In this document: positions 33,501 through 47,395 of the stretch, piece by piece | Position numbering within the stretch: position 1 is the first letter of the stretch | Layout: each line of letters opens with the position of its first letter | Assembly: GCA_013265495.1 (NCBI GenBank) | Contig: MU058584.1 | Coordinates: 4,098,508 to 4,162,507, forward strand | DNA length: 64,000 nt | Reading direction: 5' to 3' | Source of the DNA: Vicugna vicugna | Lineage: Eukaryota | Position numbers and translations under genes: made by a program | Notes under the pieces: generated by a model | Told to the model about the DNA's origin: nothing | What the model saw: the letters and a program-made list of their open reading frames with translations, nothing else | Databases searched by the model: none

Positions 33501-36500
33501 CCTTCTGGGTTGGTTGGGTCTGGGAAATTCTATGACTAAATCCAGCCTCACCTGTGCACTTGCTGACAGGCTGCTCCTTGAAAGAGGGTGACCCCAAGGC
33601 TCTCTGTCATAGACACAGAGCACCCCAACAGGGACCATTATACCCACACTTGTTGCTTTGTCAGAGAGACAACTGAGGGAGCCTGACACTGTAGGTCCGC
33701 CTTGTGTTCATTCCCCACATTTCATCACGTCCATGTGTGATTTCACGGGAACATCAGACCGCCCTAACCTGGCTGCCTGGAGTTCTGCTTTGTTTAAAAT
33801 ATACTAACAAGGGCAGTCCTGGAATTTCTTTTTCCCCTTCTAGCTCTGCTTTTTTTTCACATCCAGTCATCTGCTAAGGACCAGCTTGCTGGGTCCTGGG
33901 GCCTGTCCAGGAAGCCCTCACACCCACCTGTGTCTTGGGGGATTCTAAACAGCTGGTGGGAGCCGCCAGCCTGGGGAGCGCCAGGAGCTGGGCTGGGCGT
34001 ATCACGCTGCGTTGGCACCGTCTTAGCAGTGGCTTTGGCTCCTGGTACCAGAGACACAGCGGCTCTGAGAAATTTGGGGACTCTTGAGTGGTCCGATCAG
34101 AGCTAGGGGGAAGACAGGCTGGGGGGCCTGGACACTCCGAAGCACACTTTAGTTCCCGTTGCCAGGTTAGTTGGCCAAAGAGAATAAGTTCAATCTCCAA
34201 ACAGACCAGAATGACCAGTGAAGGAGAAAAGAACTCTGCAGCCAAAATGAGCTGTCTTCCTGCTCCTGTACAGCCTTCACCGATGTATGGAGAAGGAGCA
34301 AAATCACCTACCAACCCTGGAAGATGAGAACTGCTGTGTGCTGAAGCAGGGAGCCTGTGAGTGCACGAGTGAGCGCAGGCTTGTCTATAAACAGTCACTC
34401 TCGAGTTTTCCCAAATGTTGCCCATGACTCTCTTGCCTTTTGCTGTCTCTCTAGTGAATCTTTCCAAGATTTTCTCAGCTGTCCCCTTCCTAAGGCTTCC
34501 TCCCCATCCAGAGCTCCTGCCTACACCAACTTCCACTGCATTCATTATTTTTTAGTGCAAAGAGCACTTTGTTACTCTCATTGTGTCTAAGGGGTTCTCT
34601 CCTACTCAAATAGATTGCAGGTTGCTCAAGGTCAAAGAGCAAGCTTCTCTTTTAGTTCTTTTAATTCTACCCCTTTAGGAAACCCATTGGTAGGCATCCC
34701 CCAAACTCAGTAATTACATAATTGCTTGGATGATTAAGAGGCTGATTGATGGATTGATTGGTGACCGTTAATGAGTAAAAATAAACGAATTTTGCCCCCT
34801 GCATTTCCCCTGTGAGTTGGAAGAGACCTGAGAGACCATTTTCATTGCAGCCTGGGCTAAGGTAGTCACCCAAAGTATGTGACCTTAGGCAAGTTACTTC
34901 ACCCCCGGTTCCTTTGCCTCCCAAATAAGGGCTTCGTATGAAAATCTCTATGGTTCCTTCCAGCTGTGATCCAGTGTTCCAGCTAGTCATCGGAAGAAAA
35001 CTACTGAAGATTTCTTAATAAGCAGGTGTTACAAATTGTCAGATTCCCAAAGTGCCCTCCATGTTCCCTGGTGTCCCTGCCTGCGTGGCCCTGGTACGAG
35101 CATGAGTAAGCAGGGTGGGATGTCTCAGCCCCTGAGCCAGTGAGGGAGGAAGACTGGCAGGGCGTTTTCTTACAGGTGGGCCTCAGGCTTCGAGCAGGCC
35201 TCCCGCCCTGTGTTGGACTCAGGCTGGGGCCCTGCCAGGCAGGACCACCACCCAGTTCAGTATCCTACCGACACCCGAGCAAAGAACAGGACGAGTTCAC
35301 CCAGGAAGGATGAGTCTTCTGGGAGGGCCGGCCCCTGGGATCCAGTAAGACTGTGGTCAGCTCATCCTCCATTAAATTCTTCAGCTTAACAAAACTTGCA
35401 CTTGTCTTTCCAGGCGCAGATAAAATGATAACCAACTCTAGGAAGAATGCTTTCCTTCAGGCAGAACTAATCTCCCTTCAACGGGCTCCTGTTGCTATTC
35501 AACAGGGGGCCTGAAAAGTGAGGAATCGTGGGTTAAATTTATTGTTAAACAGAATATTAGTTACATTTTCAAAAACTACATTCCATACATTTTCCTTCAA
35601 CCTTCAAGACACCTGTTCAGGTTAAGGGCCTTTTAATTAAAGAAATGGATCCAAAAAGAAAAAGAAAAAAGCAGTTATATTTGCAAGTGTGTATGTGGGA
35701 AAATCAGGATTTTCTCTGTATTATTGAATCAAAACGAAATCAAACAAAATCAAAACAAAATACAAAAATAAACTGTCATGTCTAATCTAAAGAAGAAAAA
35801 TAAATGAATCCAATTGTTAATCCTGTTTTCATAAGGTACAAGAAATACAGTACTTTTTTCTGTGTTTCCAAGCTTTTTGGACACGCTGTAGTGTATTTCT
35901 TGTACTTTTTTCACGTGGACAATTGGACTCATTGCTTTAAACTTAGAATTTCCTGGTAAGTTGTCTGGAGGTTGAAGAAAATCACTTTGAGCATATTGTT
36001 CAAAAATGTAGCTAACATTCTGTTCAAAAATAAGTTTATGGTAATATTTCTGACTCATCAGACACTGTGGTTTTTGACACATTTCCACTAATTCTTTGCT
36101 GACAGGCCTGTCCCTGTTAAACATTAAACTCCGCAAGGTCTGGAATCTATTTTCTTCTTCTTTGACTCTGCAATTCCTAGACAGTGCCAGCATGAAGCAG
36201 GCAGTCCTAAGGCTCTGACATGACTAAATGATAAAGTCTGCTGGGATTCACCCCGGACCCTTGCTCTGGAGCTGAGCCCAGAGTGAGCTGCCTCCCTCAT
36301 TCCTGTGTTTACAACTCTGTCTCCATAATCCCCAAAAGTTTAACAAGAAGGAACAAGATTAAGAGCTTTATGTCTCAGATGTCTAAAAGCAATGTAAGTG
36401 AGCCTAACAAAAATCTGCTCCCGTGAGCAGCAAGGTGCAAGGAAGGCCTGGCTTCTCACATCACGGTGCTGCTGACTAGTGCTGGGAGTGGGGAGGGGTT

Positions 36501-36793
36501 ATTTCTGAGCTCTTGTGAGTCGGTGCCAGGTCTGAGCCGGGAATACCCGGGATGAGGGGCTGGGAGGGCGCCCTTGCATCCCCAAGCCTCCGATGCACGT
36601 GGTCTGTGAGAAGAGGGGGCTGCTGGCTGGATGGAAGCACAGCCAGGGCTGGAAGGCTTTCCTGGAGGGGTGTGTTTGTCAGTTTGGCAACCCTCGGTGT
36701 GCCCAGCCCACGCCCCGCGAGCACTCGCCTGTGACGTACTTCGTTCACATGGATCAAAGGCCCCACAAAGCCTGCCGCCCCTGCAGCTGCCGC

Positions 36794-36848
36794 GCTGGGG
36801 ACGTGCTGGGGACGTGCTGGGGACGCGCTGGGGACGTGCTGGGGATGT
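36794..36848. repeat. 11-bp tandem repeat (GCTGGGGACGT) x5
   Basis: Units start at 36794, 36805, 36816, 36827 and 36838, with two substitutions. Confidence 0.9.
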
Positions 36849-37152
36849 GGGCGACCGTTTGGCTGAGAGCCAGCCTGCTGGGCTGCTACCTCTCTCCCAT
36901 GGGAGGGAGTTCACCCTGCGGCTTCCAAACCCACCTCGGCTCTCCCCCTTCTCAGGTGAGGGTGTGGGTGGCGGCGGGGGAGGGGCGGTATGGGGAGCCT
37001 GAGCATGTCACTTTCTCTCTTGCTCTCTCAGTTACCCCACATTTTGGGTCCGCAGGACATCTCACCAGAACCCCCAGGGATCAGTGAGCTCTGCTACCAG
37101 AGCCTGTGTGGGACACCTGCAGCACCCTCGGGTCATCCAATTTGATTCTAGT

Positions 37153-37242
37153 GGAGAGGATAGCAGTTCAGTGGTAGAGCGCACACTAGTATGCAGGAGG
37201 TCCTGGGTTCTATCCTCAGTACCCCCATTATTAAAAAAAAAA
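37153..37242 (+). mobile_element. tRNA-derived SINE (Vic-1-like)
   Basis: cagtggtagagc...gaggtcctgggttc...cagtaccccc followed by an A tail. Confidence 0.85.
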
Positions 37243-40200
37243 GCAAAATCTATTTGATTCTAAATCTAGATTTATGCACATAGACAGAGATGCAGATAGC
37301 ACTTAAGAAAAGCAAACGGAAGAAAATACAGCAAGATGTTAACAGTGGTTTCATCTCTGGTTTGCAAAATTATGAGATTTCAATCTTTTTTATGCCTTTC
37401 CCTATTTTCCAAGTTCTACAATATATTATATAAGAATGTAAAATTTTGAAAGAGGAGAAAAGTAGTAAAATACAGTTTTGACGTTTTGTATTAACCTCCT
37501 CCCCATTGCTGTGCGCCCACTCCTCAGTTGCCTTTAAGATGATGAATGTCTAAATTACTCTGCTTTCTTCACACACACACACCAACAGGAGCGAGGTAGC
37601 TGATGGGATGCTGGAGTTAAAGGTTGGTTCCAACCAATCCACAGAGTAAGCCCGCAGAAAGGAAGCGGGGCATTTAGCGTGGTACACGGGACCTGGCTGC
37701 CGTCACAGGCTGGTCAGTGCCGAGCCCAGGTCCTCTCCCGGCCTGGCTCTCTTCAAGCCCAGGAGGCAGATGGGGGCACATCTGTCTCCTCGTCCTACTT
37801 GGGGCTTGATGCCCCTCTTTCACATCCCAGGACAAGGACCAGGCTGGGGCTTGGGGTTGCTCTGGGGTCATGGGCCACTGTTCATGGTACCCCTCCCAAA
37901 ATACAGTTCACAGGAGAGGCCTGTCAGTGTGCCAGGCACTGAGTCTGGCCATGCAGCCAGATCAGTGTGGCTTAGAGAACAAAACTTTAGCGATGGGTGG
38001 GAATGCTGGATAGAACGGTGTATCCAAACACACAGACGGTGCATCCGAGATCAGGACCTGGGAGTGTCTGTGTGGGTAGATGAGTGCCCTACACACACAG
38101 GAGCCCATGGGAGGGAGCACGCCCTGCCTCTCAGAAGCGTCTAAACCAAGAAAGGAGGTGAAATACTCCTTTAGGCCGGGGTCAAGCCCCCGCTGGAAGA
38201 GATTTGATGGGCTTTTCAGAGGGGAACCCCCACGCCAGACCCCGTTCCAGAGAAGAGGCACCTGGGCCACTTCACAGCCTAGGTTCTCTCCATCAGAAGC
38301 GTGTGACCAGCAAGTAGAAGACAGCCAGACCGAATCACTCACCCCTGGAAATGTCTGCCCTCCCTGCTTGCCGGGCTGAAGCCCTTCCAGCCCTCCTCCT
38401 GCTTTCCCTCTCCTGCGTCATTCCGTCTCCAGCCTGATACACCTCTTTCCTCTGGTTATTCTCTCAGTGGACTCCTCCCTGCACCCCCCGCCCCCACTCC
38501 CGATCCTTGCCTATCACCCTTTTATTTCTCTGTCACCCATCCCCTGCCCCACCTCAGAGAGACTTGGATGACATGTTGCCTGGCAGCCCTGTCCCGAAGG
38601 ATTTGAGGATGCTCCTTTGGCTTGATCCAGCTCTCTCTGGAGGATAGGTAGTCACCCGGCCATCTTGGCAATCCTTCCTAGCTTCTGTGTGTGGTTTTTC
38701 TGTGTGACCGCTGAGTTTGAGCCACCCTGGGCTGGTTAGCATAGAGGTCACACTGTCCGCTCTGGTGTAGGAATCATCCAGGGAATTGCAATCAAGTCTG
38801 CAATGTAACTTATGACCCGGGGCTAGCAAGCCTTTCTTAATCCCCAGACAGGCCAGGTACAGACGGCAAACTCAGAAACCCGCAGTCACACTGGCTATCT
38901 TTGTATTAGCACGCCGGGACGCACCCAATTAGTAGTGCTCATTCCTGCCTCCCATCTGACTTCAAATGGCCAAAGCCCTTCATATCTGGAAGCAAAGACC
39001 TGAAAAAGTCATCATTTATTTTTTATTTTAAAGGAGAAGAGGGAAAGGGAGGGGAACATCCATACACTTACTCACAAAAAAATCAAAGTCAGTTTCGTGG
39101 AGATAATCTGCTGGGGTATTTAGAATCTAGGTTTGTAGCTTAAATCTTTTTTTCTCTTAATCCTGCATTTCAGCCTCCAGTTTAGTGGGAACTTGAAATT
39201 GTGCTAATTTATTAGTTGCACATCAAGTTCAAAGAGTCCTTATTTTTTGGAACAACATCAGACTTTTAAACTTAAATAAAAGCAGACCCCATTGAAATGA
39301 GTGGTTGGAATTTGATCTGACTCTCCATAAATTTATTTCCTAAAATTATTAAATTAAGGAGAATGTCACTCTATTGCCTTAATTAAAACCAGTGATTCAT
39401 TTCCACTAAAGAAGTTTCTCTTTCTGGGGATATTATGTCCTACAGACTTAAAGGAGGATGGTTAGAGAAATGGTGAAGGAGAAAATGCTGGTTGGTTGGT
39501 CTGTGTTTAATGTTTTGTTTCCTGACTTAAGAAGCACATAGCCCTGGAGGTGGCCTCATTCCATGAGATAACAAAACACCCCCAGAAATCCTGGGGGCTA
39601 ATAAGACATACACCTTTTATAACTGCCTCAAAAAGAAACCCCTGTAGTCGACCATGTCATGTGTTTTGTGCTGCATTGACTTTCTCCCAGAATGTGCTGT
39701 TTGGAGCCGGTAGCAATTGTCTTTACACTGGGCAATAATAAAAATATTTTCAAGTTCCCTTCTTTTGAGAAGCTTAATTTATAAATGTAAATAATAAGGT
39801 TATAATCCCCCTTGTCCCCAAGCAGATGCTGGTCTCCTTGAACAAAATCACCCCAGGATTGCAAGTACACAGGATGGAGCTGCAGTTTTTTGGCATCCCC
39901 TATCTGTGCTGTGTAGAAGGCAGCTGATTTCTTTCCCCAGCCTGTGCTTGGAGCTGGCTTTTTACAAACACTTAGCTCCAGATACAGAGGCTGCCTCCTT
40001 GCTGCGTGGGGCTTGGGGGTTCCTAAACACCCCTGTTTTTCTTTAGGGGAAGAGAAATTTAGTTCCAGAGCTGAATCTCTCTCGGGATGGGCTTTCCCCA
40101 AGAATGACTCAGAAAGAGTCCGTGGGAGAAGGCACTCTCAGGCTCCAGACGGGCTGCCTCCTGCTTTGGGCAAGGGTGTGGGCTTCAGGCTTGGGCTTCA

Positions 40201-41890
40201 GAAGCAGTTAGGGACCCAAATACCTTGAACTCCCCAAAGCTAATTTCCTCAGTACCCACCCCCAGCTCTTTCATTTTCTGAAAGCAGAAAGCTGGGCAAA
40301 CTGGAAGCCAGGACAGTGAAGGAAGATGGAAACGAAAGGGAAGAATTGTGCCTGTAGTTTTTCTAGCTCTAAAACACCTGGAAATGGAGGGTGACAGCGC
40401 TAACCTGAAACTTCAATTGTCTCTGTCTTAAAAGCAAACATTCTAAATTAATGTAAAAAAAAAAAAGCAAGAGAAAGAATAAGAAATACAGTTACTGAAA
40501 AAGTTCCAAGATTGCAATATTTATCTGCAGTGTATGTTCTTTTTTTTTAAAAGAAGATCCCTAATAATTTAGAGCTACATAGTATTAATCCCTCTCTCTT
40601 TTTCCTCTCTCTATCCTTCTCTTCCATTTTTCCTCTCTTTTGTTTATTTCATTTTTTAGTTGATATCACTGTCTCTTGCCTTCCTCTTTTCTCTCCTGTC
40701 TCCCATCTTCAATCTCCCTTTCCATATATCCCTTTCCTTCCTTACTTCCTTCCTTCTTTCCTTCCTTCCTTCCATCCTTCCCAGTCTCCTTCCTTCCCTT
40801 CCAAAGACCTGTCCAGAGAGAGAATATGTTCACAAGCCTCACATACAGAGTTCTTGGAAGAACTCCCATTCCCACTCACCATGCCAACATCACTGGGCTC
40901 ACCAGCCCCTCATAAACCAGAGAGCAATGAGGTAGAAATCTACCAGTAGGTAGATTTCCCCACCTTCCTTTCCTCTTCATCTGTAGCCTTTCTCCATCTC
41001 GTTCTAGCTGAGTAGCCAGGAAGCGGTAGCATTGGTTTCCCTGAAATATTTCAGGGAATTTATTTTTCACAGCAGGAATTATTTATCTAGCCCAGCCTGC
41101 CAGAAAATTCTGAGCATCTAGTCCTTTGGAGGTCATTGATGACTGGTCGTGTTCTCTCCATATTTCTCTGGCTACAGTTAAAGCAGTTCTGTGAGCAGTC
41201 AGCTGGGTGATATTAACTCACTATCCTTCTTCTCTGCTAATTTGAGTGTTCAGATGATACATAGCCAGGCACAAACACACTCCTGACAGCAGTTGCCAGG
41301 GAATATTGCTTTTTTGGACTTTGACACCAGCTCCAACTTTGAGTGGAATTTAAGTGATATTTACTGCATAGAAATTCCTCTTTGGATCTCTGCACTTCTA
41401 GTTTAGCCTGCTGACAACACATTAGATTTATTCTGACATCAACCAGCCCAAGACTCAAACTTAATTAACTTCACTGGGGGCTCCGGTTGCAGCTTTGGGG
41501 TTTGCAGCTCAGCACAGATCTCGTGATTGGTACCAATCATGGCGCTTAGAGAACCTCAAATCAAACAAATAAACCAACAACAAAAAAAACCCTTCTTCAC
41601 GATTTTCTGACCACTTGCCAGGTTAACTGTGACCTCCTTTAGGGGAAAAAAAAATCAGTTTGTCTTTGGACTGACTCAAGGTGCTACGTGGTTTTTGTGT
41701 ATTAAATTTCAGCCCATCGTTCTGTTGTACCCCTTTAAATTTTTTGTTTTAATGTTAGAATTTGGAACTAATGTTTTTTGAGAAATTTTCATTTAGAGGT
41801 AACCTACAGAATAATTATTCCCCTGCCCTGCCTTTTCAATCCCAATTACTGAAAATAAAGTTTAATTCAGTTTCATTTATGAGGAAAAAC

Positions 41891-41906
41891 ATGTGTATGT
41901 ATACAT

Positions 41907-41946
<40 letters not shown>

Positions 41947-41995
41947 TATGGGCACATATGTATATGCTTATACATATTATACGTGTGTGTGTATA
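41891..41995. repeat. (TACA)n(CA)n compound microsatellite
   Basis: Direct reading. Confidence 0.85.
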
Positions 41996-42469
41996 CAATG
42001 TATTCCGAGCAGCAATTTCAATGTTCAAGAGTGAGGACTGTTAAGTCAAGTGAGCAATAACCGGGGAGCGTGAGCAGAAAAAAGGCTGGAGCACCTTGAT
42101 TAGTTAGTTAAAATACGAAGGCATCAGAAGGCCTGGCTCTCGTTCCAAAGTACTGACTCCTTTTCAGCGTCCAGGCCAGAACCCAGAGGCAACTGAAGAT
42201 TTATGATGAGTGCTCATTGTGTCGCACACTTGCTTTTTAAAATTTACTGTGGACTCCAAGCTTGTTAACAAAATTTTGCCGTTTTGCTCCTGGCTGATTC
42301 CGAGGTGGACAGAATCTGAGTTTCAGCGTCCCTTCATGTAAACACAAAGTCATAAAGTCCCCAGTGGAAGACCCAGCGCACGAATCATACCTTGCTGTTT
42401 TCCACACCTCGCTTTGCCACCTGCAAACTCCCATCTCCCATTTGGAATGTTCAAAGGACAGGAACCCCA

Positions 42470-42600
42470 TAGGGGAATTTTCCGTTCGACAAATTGTTGC
42501 ATTAGGTCATTACTGCCTTGCAACCTGCTTCTCCGCCTTGCCTTCGTGACTCAGAAGTCAGTTCTTTGCAGATAAATAGGAAATGCGGTAAATGTTTACA
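42470..42600. promoter_or_regulatory. Candidate T-cell enhancer motif cluster
   Basis: kB-like GGGAATTTTCC, AP-1 TGACTCA, GATA AGATAA, ETS AGGAAAT, RUNX TGCGGT and forkhead TGTTTAC within 130 bp. Motif evidence only. Confidence 0.45.
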
Positions 42601-44509
42601 TTTCCTCCCCGGGGACCCTGGAGCCAGTTGGCGCTTGCTTTAATTGTCGCTGGGGGTGTAGAGCCCAGATCTACACGTTGGGGGCTGGTTGTTGTGACCA
42701 GCCTCTCCTTGGGCTTGCCTATTTTCAGTCATTGTTTTGGCCAGTCCTGGGGTTCTGCTTTACCCTTAGATTTATGTGTCTGTCTGTCTGTACACCCTCC
42801 CCAGCACCCTCTGCCCCCACCTCCTAACCTAGCCAGATGAAACCCAGCAGAGCTGCTACATCTCAGTGACCTAAGGCCTCTGTCTGGTCAGTTTAATATC
42901 TGTATGTTACGTCTGTGGGCTGTTTCCCCCCCGGACACTTCCTCATGCCAGACAAATCGAAATTGCGGGGCCATATTACATGGCACAGTTCTCCAATCCC
43001 CGTAGCCAATTCATAATTGACTTTTAAATCATTTAGGTGCAAAAGCAAATAATAAAAGCCCCACTGTTCAGTAGCTAATAAATTCTAGCCCATGAAAACT
43101 GAGGGAGAAGGCTTAAACCATAAAAATTAAATATTTATATAGATACTACACCCACATAGACATATAAATGCATATACACACACATTTTAGGCATCTCTAT
43201 TCATTTTTAATTTTTTATGTGCTATCCAATAAGAAAAGATTTCTAGAGAAAAAAAAAGGAAAGGAAGATTTATTGCCTCTAAATTAATAGAAGAAAACAT
43301 CCCTGTAATAGCTAACCTCCTCCCTCAGTAAAAGAAAAAAAAATACTGAATTGACAAAATTATCTTTTCTCTATTGTGAGAAAGGTGAGTTAATATCCAT
43401 AAAGAACTTAGAGCTCCCTCAGTTGAAGGATGCTCTATAAATACAAAGCATCATTATAATTTATTATTGAACAGAGTCAATTTTTTCATCCGAACCATTT
43501 TTCAAACCTCTCATAGCACAGGCTCGTCTGATGGGAGCTCTGACACGAAGCCAAAACACCTCTCCGAGACACGGAGAGACTATCAATCAGTTTGATGCAA
43601 AGACTCCTCCAAGTCAGCCTCCTAGTCACCCAGCAGGACTGTTTTAGAGCTGCCTTCCTTCAATTAAGTTCAGTGACTTACACCGTGAGCCCACTCCACT
43701 GAGCTCTCACCCGGGAAGGGGCGATCTTCCCACCCTCGCCGCCTGGGTCCCAAGCAGGAGAAACTGAGGCTAGGGAACCACCCTTTTCTCGTCCCTCCTC
43801 CACTGCCTTCTGCTAAATTGTAACCGACAAATCTACAGCGGCTAATACCTCTGTTGCCCTCTGCTAGACAGATCCTCCACCTAGCTGGCCCATTGTGAAG
43901 GAAGGGGATTGAAAAATAAAATATTCTCTTTCCTTCCAAGCAGTGGAAGGAAGCTATGCTCCCAAGCACAGAAAAAAGCAAACTGCACTCAAAAACAGGA
44001 GTTGCTAAAACTGAAAAGATGTGATCTGGTTTTAAAATAAATCCTTTCAAAAAAAAAAGTTTGCCAAGCAAGATTTATACATTGGCAGGACTGAGCCCAT
44101 TTAAATAGTCCAAATGTGTTGGCTCCAAACCAAAGGTTCACAGAACTAATCAGTTTAATTGGAAAATGGAGTCATTTGATTTTCTGTTGTAAGATCCAGT
44201 TGCACGTTCAATCAGGGGGATTCATTGGAGAAAAAGAGTCAGGTCGAGGCCTGGCCTCCAGCACTGGATTACTTCCCAGTGGGCTTAAGTGGCTACTGTT
44301 GATACTGATACACTTACATGCTTATTAAGCTGGTCACAAGCGTTGAATCAGCATTTTTTTAATCTGGGATTTTTTTGTTATCCAAACATGATTTTATTCT
44401 CAAGAACAATGCATGCCCACCCCCCCTCCACCCCTTTATTCAAGAATTAGGCCTGAAAGGAGAGGGAGAGAGAGGGACTTGAGGGTCAGGCCGTGAACCT
44501 CTTCTCTAA

Positions 44510-44720
44510 TCTTCCTAAACTCACTCCTTTTGTGATCTCATCATTCATTCTCAGGGCTTTAAAATACGATCCATATGCTGTTGACTCCAACATTTATATC
44601 TGCAGCCCCAGCTCTCCCTGAAATCCGGACTCGAACATCTACATGGATGCTTAATGAACAACTCAGCCTTAGCTGGTCCTAAGCAGCGCTCTTTGCTTCT
44701 CCCGCGGCAGACCTGCTCTT
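44510..44720 (+). mobile_element. L2 fragment
   Basis: gatctcatc...ggctttaaaatac...atatgctgttgactccaacatttatatct...catctacatggatg. Confidence 0.7.
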
Positions 44721-44799
44721 TTGGGTCCTTTGGTGATGTTAGGATGAATTTGATTTCTCAGTTCAAAAGTAGGGGGAAGTCATTTTTATATTCTATATA

Positions 44800-45760
44800 A
44801 CTTCTCTGATAACAGGAGTAGAAATGTTCATTATAGACAAGTTGGAAAATATAGACAAACATGAAAAAGAAAATAAAAATTACCTACAACCCTAGGACTC
44901 AAACATAATCACTGTTAATATATTGCTATTTTTTCTAATGTTTATTCTAATACATTTTTTTCCCTGAAACCTTAGGGGTTTTGTTTGTTTGATTTTACTT
45001 AGGACCACTGATTTTTTTTTTTACTATTTTTGCTATATTTAATTATTTAGCCACTCCCCTTATTGGTAGAAATATAGGTTATTGTTGATTTGTGAATATT
45101 ATAAAAATACTATTTGTTGCAATAAACATCCTTGAACATAGATATTTTTATCCTTCTGATTATTTCTTAAGAAATAAACACAGGAAGTATGCAACAAATA
45201 GGAATCAATATTTTTGAAACTCTTTAAGTTTAGGACTAAATTAATGTCTGGGAAGATGGTACCAATTTACCCTCTGTGGTTTCTGAAAGACTCTAATTCA
45301 CGGTTTTCCCACCAACACTGGGTGTTAATTAAGCAAACAGAAATCAAAACCCGGGAAGCAAAAAACAGATTCTAATTTTAAATGTCACATTTCTTTGATT
45401 ATTAGTCACGGTGAACATTTTTTTCATGCATTTTCTTCACCATGTGTGTTTCTCATTTAATGGATTGTGTGGCGATGACTCTTGCTTTTTTTCTGTTTCT
45501 GGATGTGCTTTCTTAAGTGATTTCTAACAGCATGTTTCCTACCAGGGATATTCACCCTTTTCCCATTGTATATATTGCAAATATTTTTCCACTTTGTCAT
45601 CTACTTTTCATTTGGTGTCTTTGACATACAGAAATTGAAACTGTCATCAATTTTTTTTGCTTTTACTCATATGCTTAGAAAATGTTTCCTCATTTTGAGA
45701 TCAAGTATATATTCACTTGTATTTGCTTGGAGGTACTCTTTTCAATGATATTCTGAGAAA
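44800..45760 (-). mobile_element. Old L1ME-type fragment
   Basis: Reverse L1 ORF2-end motifs (aataaacatccttg, taccaatttac, ccaccaacactgg, catttctttgattattag, attgcaaatattttt). Confidence 0.7.
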
Positions 45761-46474
45761 CATTCACAATAAAAAAACTTAAGAAGTGTTTTATGCAGGA
45801 GCCCGGATTGGCAGAATTCTACCTATTGCTAAATGTGTCTGTACACACTCATCCACAGCATGTGCACATGGGGAAAAGCAAGTCTAATGGAACTGACTTT
45901 ATTTAAATGCAGCAAAATTAAGAAGGAAATATTGTGGGCTTTTGTCAAGGGGACAGTAACAATATAGCCACGATCGCTGTTTTATAACCAGGTTAGAAAA
46001 GATGCAATTACACTTCCATTAGGATTTTGCTGTTGTTAAAATTGGGTCCTCTTGCAGTTTTTATTTAATTCATCACGTTTTTTTAGGAGAAATAAGAATC
46101 AAAGGGGACAGAGGCATGTGTAGGAAATGCTTTAAATGTGGATATATTTGTGAGTGAGACTGCTGTCCTTCTTGTGTCTGACCACGCTCTTCCGACATAT
46201 CACGAGGGCTACCCGGGCCTGGGGTGGCCCCATGGCCTAGAATTTCCAGGTCTTGTTGGCCTGGCTCACGCCCTGTGCAGCCTGGCGTGCAGGGGTGTGG
46301 GATGCACGTTGCTGCTTGGAAACCCTCCACTCAGGCTCCTGCCCTCCGGCCTTCCCCGCAGGTCTGCTCCTCTGGCCTCACCCTCCAGCCCAAAGAAATA
46401 TTCTGTAGCTCAGGCCTGGAAGGAGTCAGGTGGGACTACTCAGGTGTCCGCCATCATTTGTTTTCTTTTAGTTT

Positions 46475-46531
46475 TACACACACACACACAAACACACGCA
46501 CACACACAAACACACACACACACACACACAC
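46475..46531. repeat. (CA)n microsatellite, interrupted
   Basis: Direct reading. Confidence 0.9.
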
Positions 46532-46954
46532 CTGTAGTTTTACAGAGAAATCTATTCTGAGACCTCTTTTTGAAAAGCAGTGTTTTCCTGTTCAGACTCG
46601 CTGTTAGTGCCTCTGGGTGGTTCTATCCTCTGAAAGGACCAGCTTCCTCCAGAGCCTCCATCCACTGCCCCAGGGCATGCTTGGCTGCCTCCTCCCTTTG
46701 CTCACCGTCTCCTCCACTCTGGGTCTTTCTATCATGCGACTTCAGTCTGGGAGCAGTTTCAGCCTGGACATTGTTTGGAAGACAAATGCAGTCGCTTCTC
46801 ACCTATCTGCAGATTCCCCAGCAGAGACGAGAGGATCATTCAACCACACCCACACCCAGGGATTCCCAGAGCTTCTCAACTCATCTCTCCTTTAACTGCC
46901 CACTGTTCCCTGCCAAAATAGCCTTGAGGATGAGGCGTGATCAAAAAAGTGGGG

Positions 46955-47060
46955 AGGAGGAGGATGAGTGTAGCTCTGTGATACAGCACGTGCTTAGCAT
47001 ATGGGAGGTCCTGGGTTCAATCCCCAGTACCTCCATAAAAAAAAGAAATAAAATAAAATA
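46955..47060 (+). mobile_element. tRNA-derived SINE (Vic-1-like)
   Basis: tagctctgtg...gtgcttagcat...gaggtcctgggttcaatccccagtacctcc followed by an A tail. Confidence 0.88.
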
Positions 47061-47077
47061 TTTTTTAAAAAGGACAC

Positions 47078-47395
47078 TGTGAACTCATCTACAAAACAGA
47101 AACAAACTCTCAGTCTTAGTAAACAATCTTATGGTTACCGTGGAAAGGAGATGGGAGGGGATAAATTTGGGAGTTTGATATTTACAAATGTTAGCCACTA
47201 TGTATAGAGATAGATTTTTTAGAAAGCGCCTTTTGTATAGCACAGGGAACTATGCTCAATATCTTGTAATAACCTTTAATGGAAAAAAATGTGAAAACGA
47301 ATATATGTATGTGTATGCAGGACTGGGACATTGTGCTGTACACCAGAGATAGACATATTGTAATTGACTGTACTCCAATAAAAAGAAAAACAATA
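47078..47395 (+). mobile_element. L1 3'UTR fragment
   Basis: Same family as 13321-13780; AATAAA and A tail at ~47377-47390. Confidence 0.88.

Noticed and set aside
33874..36193. 223 aa and 147 aa minus-strand ORFs
   Set aside because: No recognisable family or splice framework; the second begins in what looks like L2-derived sequence.
41524..41539. Perfect 16-bp palindrome TGATTGGTACCAATCA with inverted CCAAT boxes
   Set aside because: About one palindrome of this length is expected by chance in 64 kb (64000/4^8), and there is no supporting promoter context.
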